Below, in pieces: positions 18,259 through 27,125 of a stretch of DNA of 64,000 bases. The notes beneath the pieces were generated by a model that was not told where the DNA came from, did not search any database, and saw nothing but the letters and a program-made list of their open reading frames with translations. The stretch's first letter is position 1. Each line of letters begins with the position of its first letter. The DNA is from Thermoplasmata archaeon (lineage in GTDB: Archaea; Thermoplasmatota; Thermoplasmata; Lutacidiplasmatales; UBA184), in contig JAKAYL010000001.1 of assembly GCA_021809545.1 (NCBI GenBank), forward strand, positions 101,710-165,709, in the 5' to 3' direction. The translations under genes were made by a program, and so were the position numbers.

Positions 18259-19239
18259 CTACGGATCGGCGCCCGCTCTCTTCAGGACGGTGAGCGCCTT
18301 GAGCGTGATCCACTTGCTCGGCTTCCCGGGGGCCTCGATCTGGAGCGGCCGTTCCTCTTTCGCGTCCGAGGACCGGGTCCCCAGGTCGGGATGCAGCTTG
18401 TCCATGGCCCACGTCCCGTCGGGCCGGCGCTTCTCTCTCAGGACGTCCAGGGCGGGGCGCAGCCTGCGGTCGGCTCCGAAGCCCAGTTGGGTGAGGACAT
18501 CGAGTCCCACCAGGATGTCGTAATAGTAGTGGTTGGGATAGTGGAAACGGAACCACGGAGGATACCGGCGCCCCTCCTCGAAAAGCTTGCGTTCGAGGTA
18601 AAACTCGGCCCCTCGTACAATTGCTCGCTCCATGGCCGGAGAGCGTTTCGGCCGTGGGACGGACCCGAGGGCGGCCAGCGGCTCCCAGGCGTCGAGCGTC
18701 CCGGGAGTCCCCTGGGAACAGTTCCAGCCGCCGTCCTCCCGCTGATCCTCGAGGATCCAATCGAAGAGCTTCCGAATCCGGCGGTCGTCGCCGTATCCGA
18801 AGCGGGTCATCATCCGGGCCGTGTTCCCGACCATGCACATCTCCTCGTAGAAGAAATTGAAGGGGGAACTGAAACGAAGCTTGTAGTCGAACATCAGGTC
18901 GGCGATCCTACGGATCCTCGGATCGGCTTTGTCGAGGCCGAGGTCGGAGAGGACCAGCGCCCTCCACAACGTGGCGTGATACATCGGGCGCCAGAGGAAG
19001 GTGGTCCACTCCGCGAAATTCCGGGGCTCACGGCGCTCCCAGAATCCCTTGGGTCCCTGCTGCCGCAGCAGGTCCGCGGCCCACCCCATACGGCCTATCT
19101 GGGACCGGACCCGCCGAACCTCCGGGTCCGTTTCCTTGCGGTCGAGGAGATCCTTCAGCGCGAGATACCGGACGGCGGGTTGCTCCTTCTCGAGAAGCCA
19201 TCGGAGAGTGTCCCCAGCGTCTCCGGTCTCCGCAGGCAT
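18259..19239 (-). CDS. QW-motif alpha/alpha-toroid protein (terpene-cyclase/prenyltransferase-repeat-like), paralog 2
   Basis: Motifs ILEDQREDGGWNC and KRRPDGTWAMD. The N-terminus aligns with paralog 1 (LRWLLEKEQPAVRYLALKDLL vs VRWLLNSKDPSVRYFALTELL). ATG at complement 19237-19239. Confidence 0.6.
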   Translation of the reverse strand: MPAETGDAGDTLRWLLEKEQPAVRYLALKDLLDRKETDPEVRRVRSQIGRMGWAADLLRQQGPKGFWERREPRNFAEWTTFLWRPMYHATLWRALVLSDLGLDKADPRIRRIADLMFDYKLRFSSPFNFFYEEMCMVGNTARMMTRFGYGDDRRIRKLFDWILEDQREDGGWNCSQGTPGTLDAWEPLAALGSVPRPKRSPAMERAIVRGAEFYLERKLFEEGRRYPPWFRFHYPNHYYYDILVGLDVLTQLGFGADRRLRPALDVLREKRRPDGTWAMDKLHPDLGTRSSDAKEERPLQIEAPGKPSKWITLKALTVLKRAGADP

Positions 19240-19427
19240 AACATCTGTTGTAGAGGTCCTGGCGCTACTTAATCTGGCGTTGACGAAAACAGGACTCTGC
19301 CGGCGCTCTCCGGAGTGGGACCATCGCTCCCCAGGAGTCCCCAACGGAACAGGGTGGTGCTTGCGGTCCAGTGACTTGGGTGTGTAAGAGAGGGGGGCGT
19401 CCGCTTCCCAAACCGACTCCGCGATTG

Positions 19428-20522
19428 TCAGTGGAGGAATCCACCGATCCCGAGCCCTATGAGATAGGTCAGGGCGGCAGAGCCGAGTCCGATGACCACC
19501 ATCTCGAGACCCCCGCGTCCCAGGGAGGTAAGGGTGGAGAGCGAGCGGAATACACCGGTCGCGAACAGTACTATGGTACTCGCGGCCACGCTCACGATCA
19601 TGGACGGGAGCGGGGCCAGGAAGAAGAAGGGAAGGAGCGGTACGGCGCCGGCCAGTCCAAAGGCGACCCCGGTGATGAGCCCGAGCCGGACAGGGTTGCT
19701 GAAACTGCTCTCCCCCACCCCGTGGCGCTCGGCCAGGAGGACGCGGGCGAACTCCTCGTCGTCGGTGGCGATCCGGGCCACGATCGACTGTGCCTCAGCG
19801 CGCGAGAAACCTTTCTGGAGGTAGATCTCGGTGAGCTGGAGGACCTTGGTAGAACGATCCACCTCGATAGCATCCCGTTCCAAGGTGCGCAGCCCCGTGA
19901 ACATCTCCGCCTCCGCCTTGACGGAAACGTAGTTGGAGGCCGCCATCGAAATGGCCCCGGCAACGAGACCCGCGGTGCCGGCGATCAACACCTCGGGGTT
20001 GGAACTGGTGGCCCCGACCACCCCGGCGGAGAGCGCGAGGATGGTCCCGATCCCATCGTTCGCCCCCAGCACCGCGCTCCGGAGGGATCCCCCCTCACGG
20101 GCCGCGCTCCGCGCCTCGTTCGAGGTGTCGATCTCGTGGGAGAACTCGTCAGGGAGCAGCGTCTCGAAGATCCGGGTGAGCTCCGGATCCTTCCAAGCGG
20201 TCAGCTGGGCATGGTACTTCTTGATCCCGTCCACCTCGTCCTTGTGGACCGCGGAGAGGACGGTCGTCACCCCGAAAACGCGGGCCAGTCCGGCGAAGAT
20301 CCGGTGCTTCAGGATCATCCGTTCCGTCGGGGCCGGATACTGATGATGGTCCAGCACGCTCTTCCAGAGGGAGGCATGGCGGTCCTCGAAGGACGCCAGC
20401 ACCGAGAGGGTGTCCCTTCTCTTGGGTTTAGGATCGAGCGCCGCCAGGCGCTCGTAGAGCATCTTGCTGGAGACCTCCTCGAGGTAATTCCGTGCGACCT
20501 CCCTTAACACTCTCGCGTCCAT
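19428..20522 (-). CDS. ferritin-like (erythrin) and VIT1/CCC1 fusion membrane protein (MbfA-like iron transporter)
   Basis: The N-terminal domain has two E..H motifs (FEDRH, EFSHE). The C-terminal half has a VIT1-like TM region (GANDGIGTILALSAG...). ATG at complement 20520-20522 from sequence alignment. The track ORF extends upstream through implausible low-complexity sequence. Confidence 0.6.
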   Translation of the reverse strand: MDARVLREVARNYLEEVSSKMLYERLAALDPKPKRRDTLSVLASFEDRHASLWKSVLDHHQYPAPTERMILKHRIFAGLARVFGVTTVLSAVHKDEVDGIKKYHAQLTAWKDPELTRIFETLLPDEFSHEIDTSNEARSAAREGGSLRSAVLGANDGIGTILALSAGVVGATSSNPEVLIAGTAGLVAGAISMAASNYVSVKAEAEMFTGLRTLERDAIEVDRSTKVLQLTEIYLQKGFSRAEAQSIVARIATDDEEFARVLLAERHGVGESSFSNPVRLGLITGVAFGLAGAVPLLPFFFLAPLPSMIVSVAASTIVLFATGVFRSLSTLTSLGRGGLEMVVIGLGSAALTYLIGLGIGGFLH

Positions 20523-20631
20523 GGCCAGTGAGAGGAGATGCAAGGCGGTGGTATTAGCCCCTTCGATGCCTGCGGGACCTTGGTTGGAAACGTAAGAACA
20601 GCTATTTGCCTCAAAGTACCTTGTACGGAAC

Positions 20632-21516
20632 ATGCTCCGAGAGTACCTGGTGGAATGGTTCGAGCCGTCCCTCTTCCTGGCCCTCCTGATCGGGGTCGTG
20701 GGGGTGGCGGCTGCGGCCGGCATGGGACGATGGAACCTGCTCGATGCGGGGCTCGCGGTCGGAGGCGCCTTCATGGCACAGGCCTCGGTCAATCTCATCA
20801 ACGACTACCACGACTTCACCTCCGGCATCGACCGGGAGAGCGTGAAGACCCGGTTCAGCGGGGGAAGCGCCCTGGTGGCGTCGGGCGCCGTCCCCCACCG
20901 GGACGTCCTCTATCTCGGGATCGTTTCGGCCGCCGCTGCGGGGATCGTCGGGATCTACCTGGCGATAGCCGTCACTTGGCTGCTGCTCGCGCTCATGGGC
21001 CTGGGCGGGATTGCGATCTTCCTTTACACCAAGTACGTCACCCACTTTGCCTTCCTTGCGGAGCCCTTCGTCATGCTCTCGTTCGCCGCGGTCGCGGTGG
21101 GGACCTATGTGGCGGCCCATGGATCCTTCGCGGGCATGGTCCCCGCCCTCTTCGCGCTCCTCCCCGCGGGTATGCTGGGCGGCCTCGCGCTCCTCGTGAA
21201 CGAAGTCCCCGACGCAGAGGTGGACGGACGGCACGGACGCCGCCACGCCGTCGTCCTGCTCCGGGACCTCCGGAAAGTGACCCTCTACTTCGCGTTGCTC
21301 GAGATCCTGATCTACGGCATCGTGCTCGCCGGTGTGCTCGCGAGGGCGCTTTCCCCCTTCTTCGTGCTCGTCCTCCTCGCCCTACCGTTCACGCTCTACG
21401 TGGGCCGCGGCATCCTCAGATTCCGGGATGCCCCGAGCTACGAGAGGATCATGACCGTGAACGTCGGGGGTACGCTGCTCTTCCTGGGAGCCCTGATTGC
21501 TTCGTACAGTCTGTGA
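20632..21516 (+). CDS. UbiA-family prenyltransferase
   Basis: Motif NLINDYHDFTSGID (the NxxxDxxxD Asp-rich motif) and nine TM helices. Confidence 0.8.
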   Translation: MLREYLVEWFEPSLFLALLIGVVGVAAAAGMGRWNLLDAGLAVGGAFMAQASVNLINDYHDFTSGIDRESVKTRFSGGSALVASGAVPHRDVLYLGIVSAAAAGIVGIYLAIAVTWLLLALMGLGGIAIFLYTKYVTHFAFLAEPFVMLSFAAVAVGTYVAAHGSFAGMVPALFALLPAGMLGGLALLVNEVPDAEVDGRHGRRHAVVLLRDLRKVTLYFALLEILIYGIVLAGVLARALSPFFVLVLLALPFTLYVGRGILRFRDAPSYERIMTVNVGGTLLFLGALIASYSL

Positions 21517-21523
21517 GGAAGGG

Positions 21524-22567
21524 ATGAAGGCGGTCGGCTTCGAGAGGTTTGGGGAGCCGGAAGTGCTCCGTGCCCTGGACCTGCCAGACCCCGTCGCGGG
21601 TCCGGGAAAGGTCGTTCTGCGGCTCCGGTACGCCTCGGTCAATCATCTGGACATCCTGGTACGGCAGGGACTCGGAACTGTGGGACTCCCCCTCCCTCAC
21701 GTTCCCGGGACGGACATCGTCGGCACGGTAGAAACCGTGGGGGAGGGAGTGGAAGGTGTTACGGAGGGGGAGACCTTCGTAGCCAACACCGTGGTGGGCT
21801 GCGGGCAGTGCGACCACTGCCGTCGGGGGAACGACGCTGACTGCTCCCACTGGCGTACCCTCGGCATGCATTTCTGGGGTTCGTACGCGGAGAAGGTCGT
21901 GGTCCCGGCTCAGGGGCTCCTCCCCGCGCCCCCTGCGCTCTCCCTCCCCGAACTGGCCTGTCTCCCCCTTTCCCTCTCGGTCGCCTGGCGGGCCCTGCAT
22001 ACCCTGGGGGACGCGAGACCGGGGCAGAAGGTGCTCCTCTGGGGAGCCTCCGGAAACGTGGGGCTTGTGGCCCTGCAGGTCGCCCGGGCGCTCGGTCTCG
22101 AGGTGTTCGCAGTGACAAGGGATCCCAAGAAGGTCTGGCTCCTCCGGGAGATGGGGTCGGACCACGTGGTGGTCTACGGGGAGGACCCGGGCCAGGTCGC
22201 GGAAGAGGTGCACGCCCTCACGCACGGCTCCGGGGTCGACCTCGTTCTCGAGGCGATGGGAGGTTCCCTCCACGGGTCCGTGCGGGCTCTTCGAGACGGG
22301 GGAAAGGTCCTCCTGTTCGGTTCGCTCGCCGGTCCGGAGGCACAGCTGGACGTGGTCGGGCTCTATCGGAAGCGGGGTCAGGTGCTCGGGCTCCACAACG
22401 CGAACCGCGGGGAGCTCCAGGAAGCCCTGGACTTCTACTCCCTTCACCATCTTCACCCCAAGATCTCAAGGACCCTCGACGTCCGCGAGGCGGCGGCAGC
22501 CCACCGCGCGCTGGAGCGTTCGGAGGAGTTCGGTAAGATCGTGCTCGAGCACCGGTGGGGCGAATGA
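21524..22567 (+). CDS. zinc-type alcohol dehydrogenase / quinone oxidoreductase (MDR superfamily)
   Basis: N-terminus MKAVGFERFGEPEVL, a GxGxxG-like Rossmann region, and the typical C-terminus GKIVL. Confidence 0.75.
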   Translation: MKAVGFERFGEPEVLRALDLPDPVAGPGKVVLRLRYASVNHLDILVRQGLGTVGLPLPHVPGTDIVGTVETVGEGVEGVTEGETFVANTVVGCGQCDHCRRGNDADCSHWRTLGMHFWGSYAEKVVVPAQGLLPAPPALSLPELACLPLSLSVAWRALHTLGDARPGQKVLLWGASGNVGLVALQVARALGLEVFAVTRDPKKVWLLREMGSDHVVVYGEDPGQVAEEVHALTHGSGVDLVLEAMGGSLHGSVRALRDGGKVLLFGSLAGPEAQLDVVGLYRKRGQVLGLHNANRGELQEALDFYSLHHLHPKISRTLDVREAAAAHRALERSEEFGKIVLEHRWGE

Positions 22568-23178
22568 AGCGGTCGGCCTCTGAGATCCTCTTCCTCGGCC
22601 TTCCCCTCCTCCTCTGGCCCCTCTCCTTCATTGTCCTGAGGAGCTACTTCATCTATGCGATGGTCGGTTCTACCGGCCTCCTCGCGCTTCTTTCCCTTCG
22701 TCTGCACCCCGAACGGATCCACTGGGTCCGCACCCGGACCCCGGTTCTCGCGGTGCTCGGGGGCGCGCTCGGCGCCTTCGTGCTCTACGGCCTCTTCGTG
22801 CTCGGCAACATCGGGACCGCGGATCTCGGCCTGAGCTCCTACGTGAGCAACGTCTACGCCATGATCTACCAGGCGAGCAGCCGGGAGATCACCATCGTGC
22901 TCCTCGCCCTGATCGGCATTTTCGAAGAGATCTACTGGAGGGGCGCCCTCCAAGGCACCGTCGAGGGGCACCCCGGCCGCTTCCAGAAATATCCTTGGGT
23001 CCTCTCCACGGCGTACTACACGTTCGTCCACATATCGACCCTGAACCCCATCCTTGTCGGAGCGGCCATGGTGGTGGGTCTGGTCACCAGCCTCGTGGCC
23101 GATCGCGTGGGAATCTCGGGGTCGATCGTGACCCACCTCCTCTGGATCGAGGCGATCGTCGTCTTCTTCCCCGTATAA
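22564..23178 (+). CDS. CPBP-family (CAAX) intramembrane metalloprotease
   Basis: Motif EEIYWRGAL plus a downstream H motif in a TM context. The ATG overlaps the upstream stop (ATGA). Confidence 0.7.
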   Translation: MKRSASEILFLGLPLLLWPLSFIVLRSYFIYAMVGSTGLLALLSLRLHPERIHWVRTRTPVLAVLGGALGAFVLYGLFVLGNIGTADLGLSSYVSNVYAMIYQASSREITIVLLALIGIFEEIYWRGALQGTVEGHPGRFQKYPWVLSTAYYTFVHISTLNPILVGAAMVVGLVTSLVADRVGISGSIVTHLLWIEAIVVFFPV

Positions 23179-23278
23179 CGAGTCCCTCACGTTCGGTTGT
23201 TCCCGTCGGGGGAAGGGCGAGGAAAAGAGGGTTGCCGGGGCGGCGCAGCTTAAGTGTGCTGGGCCCCATGGGTCCCCG

Positions 23279-23734
23279 ATGCCTTCCCGCGTGGTTCGTC
23301 TTGGGGTCTCGCTGGAGCCCGAGCTCCTTCAGGCGCTCGATCGATGGATCAGCTCCCGCAACTCGGCCAGCCGCTCGGAGGCCCTTCGATCCCTCATCCG
23401 GAAGGAACTGTCCGATACGGTGCTGGGCGACCCTTCTGCGGACGCCGTGGCAACGGTCATGATCCTCTACCGGCACACCGCCTACGGGGTGCAGCGACGG
23501 CTCACCTCCGCGCAGCACCGCTGGGGTGAGCACATCCGCTCCGCCACTCACTTTCACCTCCAAGGGGATGCTTGCCTGGAAGTCTTGGTCCTCGCTGGGA
23601 AACATTCCGAGCTCGTGCGGGCGGCCGAAGACCTCCGCGGCGTGAAGGGGGTGCTCCACGGGGACTACATGCTGAGCACCCCGAAGGTGGCCGGGGGAAA
23701 GACGGGACACCGGCACCCGCACGCCCCCCACTGA
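23279..23734 (+). CDS. nikR: NikR-type nickel-responsive regulator (RHH plus ACT-like metal-binding domain)
   Basis: N-terminal ribbon-helix-helix (VRLGVSLEPELLQALDRWI). The C-terminal domain has conserved His/Cys (HTAYG...HxH...C). Size is about 150 aa. Confidence 0.7.
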   Translation: MPSRVVRLGVSLEPELLQALDRWISSRNSASRSEALRSLIRKELSDTVLGDPSADAVATVMILYRHTAYGVQRRLTSAQHRWGEHIRSATHFHLQGDACLEVLVLAGKHSELVRAAEDLRGVKGVLHGDYMLSTPKVAGGKTGHRHPHAPH

Positions 23735-23767
23735 GCCGCAGGGGGCTTTCCCCAGGGCCCGGGGGGA

Positions 23768-24766
23768 TCACTCCGGAGCGGGGGTCCCCAGGATGGCCGA
23801 GAAGAAGTCCGAAAGGTCGTCCTGCCGGAACGCACTCCCGCAGTACGGGCAGGTTTGCAGCTTCGACTCAGAGGTCTCCTTGGTGACGCGGATCGAGGCG
23901 CCGCAGGAGGGACAACGATAGGCGGAGACGAGCCCGGACTGCCGGAACTGCTGGAGGAGCGCGGAGAGGTCGCGCTGAGAGACAGGGGATCCGCGGGCCC
24001 GGATCTCTCCGGCTTCTTGGAAGAAGCCCCCGATCTCGAAGACCTTCGCGGCCTCCTCGAACCGGCACGCCACGGAGAGGACATTGGCGATCCCCCGCAC
24101 CGAGTCGGCCCACGTGGTGTCCCAGTAGCTCCCGGCCCCGCGCGATATCGCCTTCTCCAGCATCTCGAGGAAGAACGGCTGGCCTCGGAGCACGACGAAC
24201 TGCGCGGGATCGGTGGAGTCGGGGTATAGCTTCCCCGTCCCATCGGAACCCATCTGAAGACCCCGGGTTCCCTGGAGAAGGGCGTCGACCGCGTACCGGA
24301 TCGGAACCCGCCGTGTCCCCTCCGTGCGGCAATACTGGCCGATGTGCCCGGTCAATTCCTTCGGGAGACCGGGAAGGTTCAGGACGAACTCCGGACCGTA
24401 AAAGCCTCGGGATTGGTCCACGGAGGTCCCTGCCTTCCGCAACCGCTCCCGCAGGTCGTCCAGAAGTCGGCTCGCCACGGCGACCGTCAGCAGACCTTCG
24501 GCGCAGTCGGGAGAACAGACTCCCGTCCGGGCCACCTCTTCGTCGAAGGAGTGGGAGAGGCCGAGATGATCCTCGGCGGAGTGGAGGGCATGGAGCGAGA
24601 GAACGACACCGCACTGACTGCAGATCTGTTTCGAGCAGGAGGCGCACGGGGTGATCTCGGACCGGGGCACCGATCTGCCGCAGGAGGGGCAGGGAAGCGG
24701 GGGCGCGTGCGGCGCCCGGTGGCGGACCCTGCCTAGGAACTCACCCGTAGACCTTTCCGCGCCCAT
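23768..24766 (-). CDS. hypothetical protein with N- and C-terminal zinc ribbons
   Basis: N-terminal CPSCG...CASCSKQICSQCG and C-terminal CPSCGASI...CPYCGSAF flank an uncharacterised roughly 230-aa core. A TATA-like element lies about 33 nt upstream on the minus strand. Confidence 0.5.
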   Translation of the reverse strand: MGAERSTGEFLGRVRHRAPHAPPLPCPSCGRSVPRSEITPCASCSKQICSQCGVVLSLHALHSAEDHLGLSHSFDEEVARTGVCSPDCAEGLLTVAVASRLLDDLRERLRKAGTSVDQSRGFYGPEFVLNLPGLPKELTGHIGQYCRTEGTRRVPIRYAVDALLQGTRGLQMGSDGTGKLYPDSTDPAQFVVLRGQPFFLEMLEKAISRGAGSYWDTTWADSVRGIANVLSVACRFEEAAKVFEIGGFFQEAGEIRARGSPVSQRDLSALLQQFRQSGLVSAYRCPSCGASIRVTKETSESKLQTCPYCGSAFRQDDLSDFFSAILGTPAPE

Positions 24767-24832
24767 GCGAACCTCATTCCCGTCAGGGACGGAAGCAAAT
24801 TAAGCCCGACGGAGCGTTATCGCCGCGGGAGG

Positions 24833-24838
24833 TTAAAT
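24833..24838 (+). promoter_or_regulatory. TATA TTAAAT (with GGGAGG just upstream) 37 nt ahead of the hel308 ATG
   Basis: The same GGGAGGTTAAAT dodecamer also occurs at 9867-9878. Confidence 0.4.
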
Positions 24839-24874
24839 CTCGACCCCTCTTACCAGCCCCGGCGATGGAAATCC

Positions 24875-27115
24875 ATGGGAACCTCAGGCACCGGCGCGAA
24901 CACTGAAGGGACCCCCCTCTCGGATTTTCCCCTCGATCCCCGGATCGCCGAGATCTTCCGTGCCGACGGCATCGACCGGCTCTACCCGCCCCAGGCCGCC
25001 GCCCTCGGCCCCGTGCTGGAGGGAAAGAGCGTCGTGCTCTCCTGCCCCACCGCTTCCGGGAAGTCGCTCGTCGCCTATGCGGCCATTGCTACGGCCGTTC
25101 TCAAGGGCGGTCGCTGCCTCTACATCGTCCCCCTGCGCGCCCTCGCCGGCGAGAAGTACCGCGATCTGCAGGCCTTTGAGAGACTGGGGATCAAGGTGGG
25201 CATCACGATGGGGGAGTGGGATCTCCCCGCCCGCGAGCTCGAGCAGATGGACGTCCTGGTGGCCACCAGCGAGAAGGCCGACAGCCTCCTCCGCCACAAG
25301 AGCAAGTGGATGGACGGACTGAGCGTGGTCGTCGCCGACGAGGTCCACCTCCTGCGCGAGCGGACCCGGGGTCCGACGCTGGAGATCACGCTCACCCGCC
25401 TCCACCGGCACAACCCGTCCCTTCAGGTCATCGCCCTCTCGGCCACCATCGCGAATTCCCGGCAACTCTCCGAGTGGCTGGACGCCGCTCACATCTACAG
25501 CACCTACCGGCCCGTGAAGCTCCGGTATGGGGTCTTCCTGGATGGCTGGGTCCGTTTCCTCGACGGGGACGCACGGCGCATGGATCCTCCCGGCGACCCG
25601 GTGGAGCGGTTGACCCGCACTGCGATCGAGGGCGGCGGGCAGAGCCTCGTCTTTGTCAACACGCGCAAGTCCTCGGAGTCGCTGGCCGACCGCCTTGGCG
25701 GGGTCGTCGAGAAGCTGCTCAAGGACGAGGAGAAGACCGGTCTCGAGGCCGTCTCGAAACGACTCCTCGGATCCTCGGAGGAGTTGACCGGCTCGGCCCG
25801 GAAGCTGGCGCTCCTCGTCGGGCGGGGGACCGCCTATCACAACGCCTCTCTCACCAACGGGGAACGCTTCCAGATCGAGGAGGCCTTCCGCAAGGGACTC
25901 CTCAAGTGCCTCGTGGCCACCCCGACGCTCGCCGCGGGGGTCAACCTCCCGGCCCGGCGGGTCATCGTGCGGGACCTCACGCGCTACGAGGACACGCTCG
26001 GGATGACCGCGCCCCTTCCGGTCTTCGAGGTGCAACAGATGTGCGGTCGGGCGGGACGCCCCCGCTACGATCCCTACGGAGAGGCCATCCTCATCGCCCG
26101 GACGGAGAGCGAGGAGCAGGACTCGCGGGAGCGCTACCTCCTCGCGCCGCCCGAGGAGGTCGACAGCAAGCTGGCCTCCGAGAGCGTCCTCCGGACCCAT
26201 CTTCTCGCCCTCGTCGCCTCCGACGAGGTCCGGAGCGAGAAAGAGCTCCGGGAGTTCATGCAGGGGACCTTCTACGGGCACCAGCTTCCCATCAAGGACC
26301 TGGAGGCCCATCTCTTCCTCGCCCAGGATTTCCTCGAGCGGCACGGTCTCCTCTTCCGAGGGGAGCTCCGGGCGACCCCGTTCGGGAAGATGGCCTCCGA
26401 TCTGTATCTCGACCCCGTGACCGCGGTGCTCATGCGCCTTGCCCTCAAGCGGGCGGGTTCCCACACCAACACCTTCTCCTACCTTGCGGCCGTGGCCGCC
26501 ACCCCCGACATCGCCCCGATGTACCTACGGCGGGACGACTATGCCCTGGTCCAGCCCAAGTGGGAGGAGGAGCAGCGGTCGCTCCTCCTTACGCACGAGG
26601 ACGAGATGCTCGAGATGGACGAGGAGACGTTCCTTTCCACCCTCAAGACCGCCATGGCCCTCGAGGAGTGGATCGATGACCGCAAGCCCCTCGCCACCAT
26701 CACGGAGACCTACGGTCTCGGCGCCGGTGACCTACACTCCCGGATCGAGCGGATGGAGTGGCTCCTTTCTTCCATGGGGCAGTTGGCCCGGTGGGAGCGG
26801 CGCGCGCTGGCGAACCCCCTCGACGAGCTCTCGGTGCGCGTCCGGTACGGGATCCGTCCCGAGCTCCTCGAGCTGGTCACCTTGCGGGGCATCGGGAGGG
26901 TCCGGGCCCGGCTCCTCTACCAGAACGGGCTCCGTACGCTCGACGATCTCCGGAAGGCCTCGGAAGGGGAGGTGGCCCACATCCTGGGCTCCCCCCTCGT
27001 CGCCAAGGACGTGCTCTCTCAGGTCAAGGGGGAAGGAAAGCGCTCGGTCCCCTCTCCCCAGGAGGAGGAGCGGCGCTGGGTCCAGAAGGAGCTCCTGGGA
27101 AAGGACTGGCCATAG
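24875..27115 (+). CDS. hel308: Hel308/Hjm-type Ski2-like DNA helicase
   Basis: 746 aa. Walker A CPTASGKS and DEVH, with a C-terminal winged-helix and HhH-like region. A TTAAAT element sits 37 nt upstream. Confidence 0.85.
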   Translation: MGTSGTGANTEGTPLSDFPLDPRIAEIFRADGIDRLYPPQAAALGPVLEGKSVVLSCPTASGKSLVAYAAIATAVLKGGRCLYIVPLRALAGEKYRDLQAFERLGIKVGITMGEWDLPARELEQMDVLVATSEKADSLLRHKSKWMDGLSVVVADEVHLLRERTRGPTLEITLTRLHRHNPSLQVIALSATIANSRQLSEWLDAAHIYSTYRPVKLRYGVFLDGWVRFLDGDARRMDPPGDPVERLTRTAIEGGGQSLVFVNTRKSSESLADRLGGVVEKLLKDEEKTGLEAVSKRLLGSSEELTGSARKLALLVGRGTAYHNASLTNGERFQIEEAFRKGLLKCLVATPTLAAGVNLPARRVIVRDLTRYEDTLGMTAPLPVFEVQQMCGRAGRPRYDPYGEAILIARTESEEQDSRERYLLAPPEEVDSKLASESVLRTHLLALVASDEVRSEKELREFMQGTFYGHQLPIKDLEAHLFLAQDFLERHGLLFRGELRATPFGKMASDLYLDPVTAVLMRLALKRAGSHTNTFSYLAAVAATPDIAPMYLRRDDYALVQPKWEEEQRSLLLTHEDEMLEMDEETFLSTLKTAMALEEWIDDRKPLATITETYGLGAGDLHSRIERMEWLLSSMGQLARWERRALANPLDELSVRVRYGIRPELLELVTLRGIGRVRARLLYQNGLRTLDDLRKASEGEVAHILGSPLVAKDVLSQVKGEGKRSVPSPQEEERRWVQKELLGKDWP

Positions 27116-27125
27116 TCCGCCCGCC

